A DNA stretch of 64,000 nucleotides from NCBI RefSeq assembly GCF_009914755.1, contig NC_060926.1, one strand, 5' to 3'. The notes beneath the pieces are model-generated. The model ran no database searches. It saw only the letters and a list, made by a program, of their open reading frames with translations, and was not told the origin of the DNA. A program made the position numbers and the translations under genes. Shown here in pieces: positions 54,431 through 64,000 of the stretch; the first letter of the stretch is position 1; the number at the start of each line of letters is the position of its first letter. Origin of the DNA: the human T2T-CHM13v2.0 reference genome, Homo sapiens.

Positions 54431-55396
54431 TAACCGAACTGGTCTAGTAGGTTCAGACAATATCTATTGCAGTGTGTTTTTGTTCGCTGGACTTCTGTAT
54501 ATAGGAGTGTTTTAAGTTTTTTGTTTTAAATAACATTTGTCTATAGGAAATTTGTAACTACATAAAGTTGAAAAGGAAAAAAATTTATACCTAAGTCTGT
54601 CGCCGAGAGGTCCTCTTAATAATTTGTATATTTCTTTGCTTTATACATACATTAAAAAAATATAGTTGGCTTTCTGTTCATCTAGTTTGTATCCTGATTT
54701 TTTTCATTAGATTACAACATAACTATCTTATATTTGTCAATAACTGGTTATAGAGATTTTTAGTGACTGCTTAAAATCCCAACAAGTGGGATAGTCCATT
54801 ATGTTACTTAACTTGTTGACCATTTAGGGGTTTCCAGATTTTTAAATTGTTGTAAAACAATTTCTTTTTCTTACATGGATTCACAGAATTACTAACCTAA
54901 AATTAGTGAGCCAAAGGGTTGCTATATATGTAGTATAAAAATACTTTCTGGAATAATTTTTACTAATTTATGCTTAATATCAGTGATAGGAGATAAGTAC
55001 TTTATCTCAGCAGTATCATTACCACTACTGAATAGCCCAACAAAACAGCAACAACGACAACAAAGAAACAGCTAATTTGGTAGAGGAATATTTTAATCTG
55101 ATTTTAAGTTTGCATTTAGGAATGTATTACTTGTTTTTATATTAAGATTACAAAAATAATACTCAACTATAAATGAATTTTAAAGCATTCAGAGATCCAT
55201 CTCAAGAAAGCATTCTTCCCTATATTCTTCCCCCCTCCTCCAAGTCGAGTGTGGTCCTCAGGTGAGCTCTTACACCTACTATAGGTAGGAGCCTATCCTT
55301 GAATTGGATAGGTTTTTTGTGTTCAGCAGGTACCTAGCATCTTGTGCAGTGTGATAGCTGCTCAGCTGCTGTGGCTGCTGGAGCCTAGAAGACTTA

Positions 55397-55687
55397 TTTT
55401 TTTTTAAAGACAGAGTCTCACTCTGTCGCCCAGGCTAGAGTGCAGTAGTGCGGTCTCAGCTCACTGCAACCTCTGCCTCCTGGGTTCAAGTGATTTTCGT
55501 GCCTCAGCCTCCTGAGTAGCTGGGATTACAGACGTGCACCACCATAGCTGGCTCATTTTTGTATTTTTAGTAGAGATGGGGTTTTGTCATGTTGGCCATG
55601 CTGGTGTCGAACTCCTGGCCTCGTGTGATCTGCCTGCTTGGCCTCCTAAAGTGCTGGGGTTACAGGCATGAGCCACCATACCCAGCC
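55397..55687 (-). mobile_element. Alu
   Basis: Alu consensus. Confidence 0.9.
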
Positions 55688-56479
55688 TAGAACTCCTTTT
55701 TATATCATTTCACAACCTTACAAGATTGTAAATACATCTTCGACAGGGATGAATTTATCAAAAAGGAGTCAAGAGGGTCAGGGTGAGGGGTACTGGGATG
55801 GTATGGTAAGGTGGAAAAGGACCAGGCTTTGGAGCTAGTCTGTCCTGAGGTTGAATCCTACTAGTTGTATGATCATGTGTGAATAATTTAACTTCTCATC
55901 CCTTAAATGGGTATTAACAGCCTACCTTGCATGATTTTATTAAGACTTAAATGTAATAATGTATTGAAAGTGCCTGGCTTGTAAGTGGTATTTAGTAAAT
56001 ATTTGTTGAATGAGTAAGTGAACAAGTGAGTGAACACATCGCTAAATTGCTTTCCAAAAGGGTATGCTAGTTTACACTGCTGCTGGCAATAGTATTATGT
56101 AACCTCACCAGCATGGGCATCATAAGGCTAAACACATTGCTACAGGAACAGACTAAAAATGCCACTTTGTTTTGGTTTGTATTTCTTTGATTACTAACAA
56201 GGTTGAATATTTTGGTATATTTTCTAACTGAATTCTTTCTGTGGAATGTATCTGTTCATATCCTTTAGTTACTTGCGTGTATATAAGACTTAGTTCTTGG
56301 AGTACACAGCTGATAGGAAGGAAGGAAAGTAACTGAATGTAACATTTTAAAATATTTTTCTTTTGAAGTGGTAACAATGTTATTTCCAAGTAGCTTTAGT
56401 AATTTTGAGTAATCACTTTTATTCTTAGCTTAGATATGTACATAGTGGTGTTTCATTGTATACGTATTTACTTTATTCC

Positions 56480-56806
56480 TGCAAGATTTTAATACATAAA
56501 GCTAAAAATGGTACAAAAGTAAAGTAACTGTAGGAGAGATGTCACAAGATAGCATGTGACTATTTGTCAGATGAGTTCCAGCAGTGTTGGGAAGGCCTGG
56601 AGGAGAAGTGATTTCATTTGGACCTTCTGGGATAGGTAAGATTTGGATAGAGGAGGGTGGAGAATCCTTTCAAGGGTGGGGAGAGGAAGTTGGGGAGATG
56701 GCAAGAGCAAATGAGGGGAGACAGGAATGGGAGACAGTAATGTAAAAGATTGACTTGGCACTGAGCAAACTAATTCAGAGGAGGGGCATACTAGGGGATA
56801 ATGGAT
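56480..56806 (+). repeat. Direct duplication copy 1 (partner 58289-58632), upstream of WDR43 exon 3
   Basis: Long identical blocks, e.g. tagcatgtgactatttgtcag, ggtaagatttggatagaggagggtgg, gagcaaactaattcagaggaggg. Confidence 0.93.
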
Positions 56807-57210
56807 AATGGATAAATGTGACTTCAGGTAGAAAGAATGAAATGCTTGCAGTGTGGGTGATTTAGCACCTCATTCTGCTAAGTGAGTTAGTCCTGGAATG
56901 TTTGTGAGATGGGAAACATGAATGAGCTCTTCTCAGTTTCTATTCCTACGTGCCTCTTAGTGAGTGGGCATCTTGCTATGCTGTAAATGTATAAGTATTG
57001 TTTATATGCTATGGCCCCATAGTACAAGGAAGCATTTAGCGTTTACCTGAAGTAACAGTGATTTTTGTTTTGAGACATAGCTTTGGTACATTTTTTTACA
57101 AGAGATTTTTCGAGGATATTTTTGACTATACTTGATTTTTACCTTAAATGCTGACTTGGGGTGTGGAAGTAGTTTATTTATTTATTTTTAAACAGGAGAA
57201 GGAAAGTTAA

Positions 57211-58014
<804 letters not shown>

Positions 58015-58043
58015 TAAATTTTTTTTTTTTTTTTAATCTACAG

Positions 58044-58165
58044 AGTGGTGGACATGACAACAGAGTCAACTGCATACAGTGGCATCAAGACAGTGGCTGT
58101 TTATATAGTTGTTCAGATGATAAACATATTGTGGAATGGAACGTACAGACATGCAAAGTAAAGTG
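58044..58165 (+). CDS. WDR43: WDR43 exon 3 ([40 protein letters not shown]..)
   Basis: ctacag| acceptor, TG|gtgagt donor; 122 nt; classic GH...WN WD40 repeat. The gene continues beyond the window. Confidence 0.96.
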
Positions 58166-58288
58166 GTGAGTAACATTCATGGTATCAGGAAATGCAATAG
58201 ACGTGGATAAATGCTGGACTTGTGGGGAATGCAGACATTAATAAGGTTATAGGTTCCATTTACAAAGAACTTTTAATCAAATCGAGCA

Positions 58289-58632
58289 TGCAAGATTTTA
58301 ATACATAAAATACTAAAACACATAAAATACATAAAAGCTAAAAATGGTACAAAAATAAAGCAACTGTATGAGAGATGTCACAAGGTAGCATGTGACTATT
58401 TGTCAGCCGAGTACAGTAGTGTTGGGAAGGCCTGGAGGAGGAGAAGGGATTTCAGTTGGACCTTCTAGGACAGGTAAGATTTGGATAGAGGAGGGTGGGA
58501 GAATGCTTTCAAGGGTGGAGAAAAGAAGTTGGGGAGATGGCAAGAACAAATGGAGGGAGACAGGAATGTAAAAGATTGACTTGGCACAGAGCAAACTAAT
58601 TCAGAGGAGGGACATACTAGGGGATAATGGAT
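58289..58632 (+). repeat. Direct duplication copy 2 (partner 56480-56806), downstream of WDR43 exon 3
   Basis: Same blocks; the ORFs at 56567..56761 and 58403..58594 are visibly paralogous. Confidence 0.93.
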
Positions 58633-58818
58633 GGCAGATGATATGGGTCAAAGGATCCTAAGAGCCTGGCCTTGTGTCATAGATAAAGATTATAGACCAT
58701 TGATTATAGTTCAACCACCTGATCCTGAGGTTGGCCGTATAGGAGATGCTTAGTAAATGTGGGCTGTTGAATATAGTTCCACCTACTGTGTAGTTGAGGA
58801 CCCTCATGAGGAAAATGA

Positions 58819-63513
<4,695 letters not shown>

Positions 63514-63827
63514 CCTGCTGTTACTTCTTATAAGTGAATAGCCAAGTTCCCTATTGCCTATGACAGCATTAATATGAGTAACAAACAGCAAAGACTCCAG
63601 CTTCTAATCATATTTGAGGTAGTGAAAAGGAGTCATTTGTACCTAATTAATTTTTACCTGTCAGATTGGGGTACATTCATGTGGATTTAGGGTAGAAATA
63701 ACCTTTTTGGGTTGCAACTTTAGAGAAATCGTTTGTGTTATTAAGGGAATTAATTAAAGGCCAGCCTTCCAGAGAAAGCGAGAATTGAGGTAGGGTTAGG
63801 ATGGGCTTGGGGAGGTCTAGCCAGTAT

Positions 63828-63852
63828 GGAACTTTCCTGGACATTCGCGAAG
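63828..63852. promoter_or_regulatory. Candidate heat-shock element (five alternating nGAAn units)
   Basis: gGAAc-tTTCc-tGGAc-aTTCg-cGAAg; 4 of 5 units perfect. Confidence 0.5.
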
Positions 63853-64000
63853 TTCATCTCCTGGGTCACAGGATGTACAACTACCCATTTTACATTCTTA
63901 TCACTCTCACTCACTCATTTTCTGATACTTGTTGAGAATCTTTATCCCATGCCTGCCAAAGGGAGATTGTGCTGTGTTAAGGAATGCAATCAATGAAGCT

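Overview
Primate, almost certainly human, genomic DNA recognised from protein sequence and gene order as the SPDYA-TRMT61B-WDR43 locus (human 2p23.2, from recall). It holds the last coding exon and 3'UTR of SPDYA (+), the complete 7-exon TRMT61B gene (-; I assembled a 1434-nt CDS = 477 aa + stop with consistent splice phases), a ~24 kb repeat-rich interval between two divergent CpG-island promoters, and coding exons 1-3 of WDR43/UTP5 (+; continues past the window). Dozens of Alus plus L1, L2, MIR, LTR and hAT remnants explain nearly all of the short ORFs in the ORF track. I found no convincing new multi-gene system. The most notable observations are: (1) SPDYA and TRMT61B overlap tail-to-tail, and the TRMT61B poly(A) signal is the reverse complement of the SPDYA splice-acceptor pyrimidine tract; (2) a 77-bp hairpin joins two head-to-head Alus; (3) diverged direct duplications flank exon 3 of both TRMT61B and WDR43; (4) an orphan, stop-free, splice-flanked 103-nt exon-like segment lies upstream of TRMT61B; (5) a 5-unit heat-shock element lies in WDR43 intron 3; (6) an in-frame upstream ATG precedes the TRMT61B mitochondrial presequence; (7) several template-switch scars are visible. 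Repeat boundaries and percent identities are by-eye estimates.
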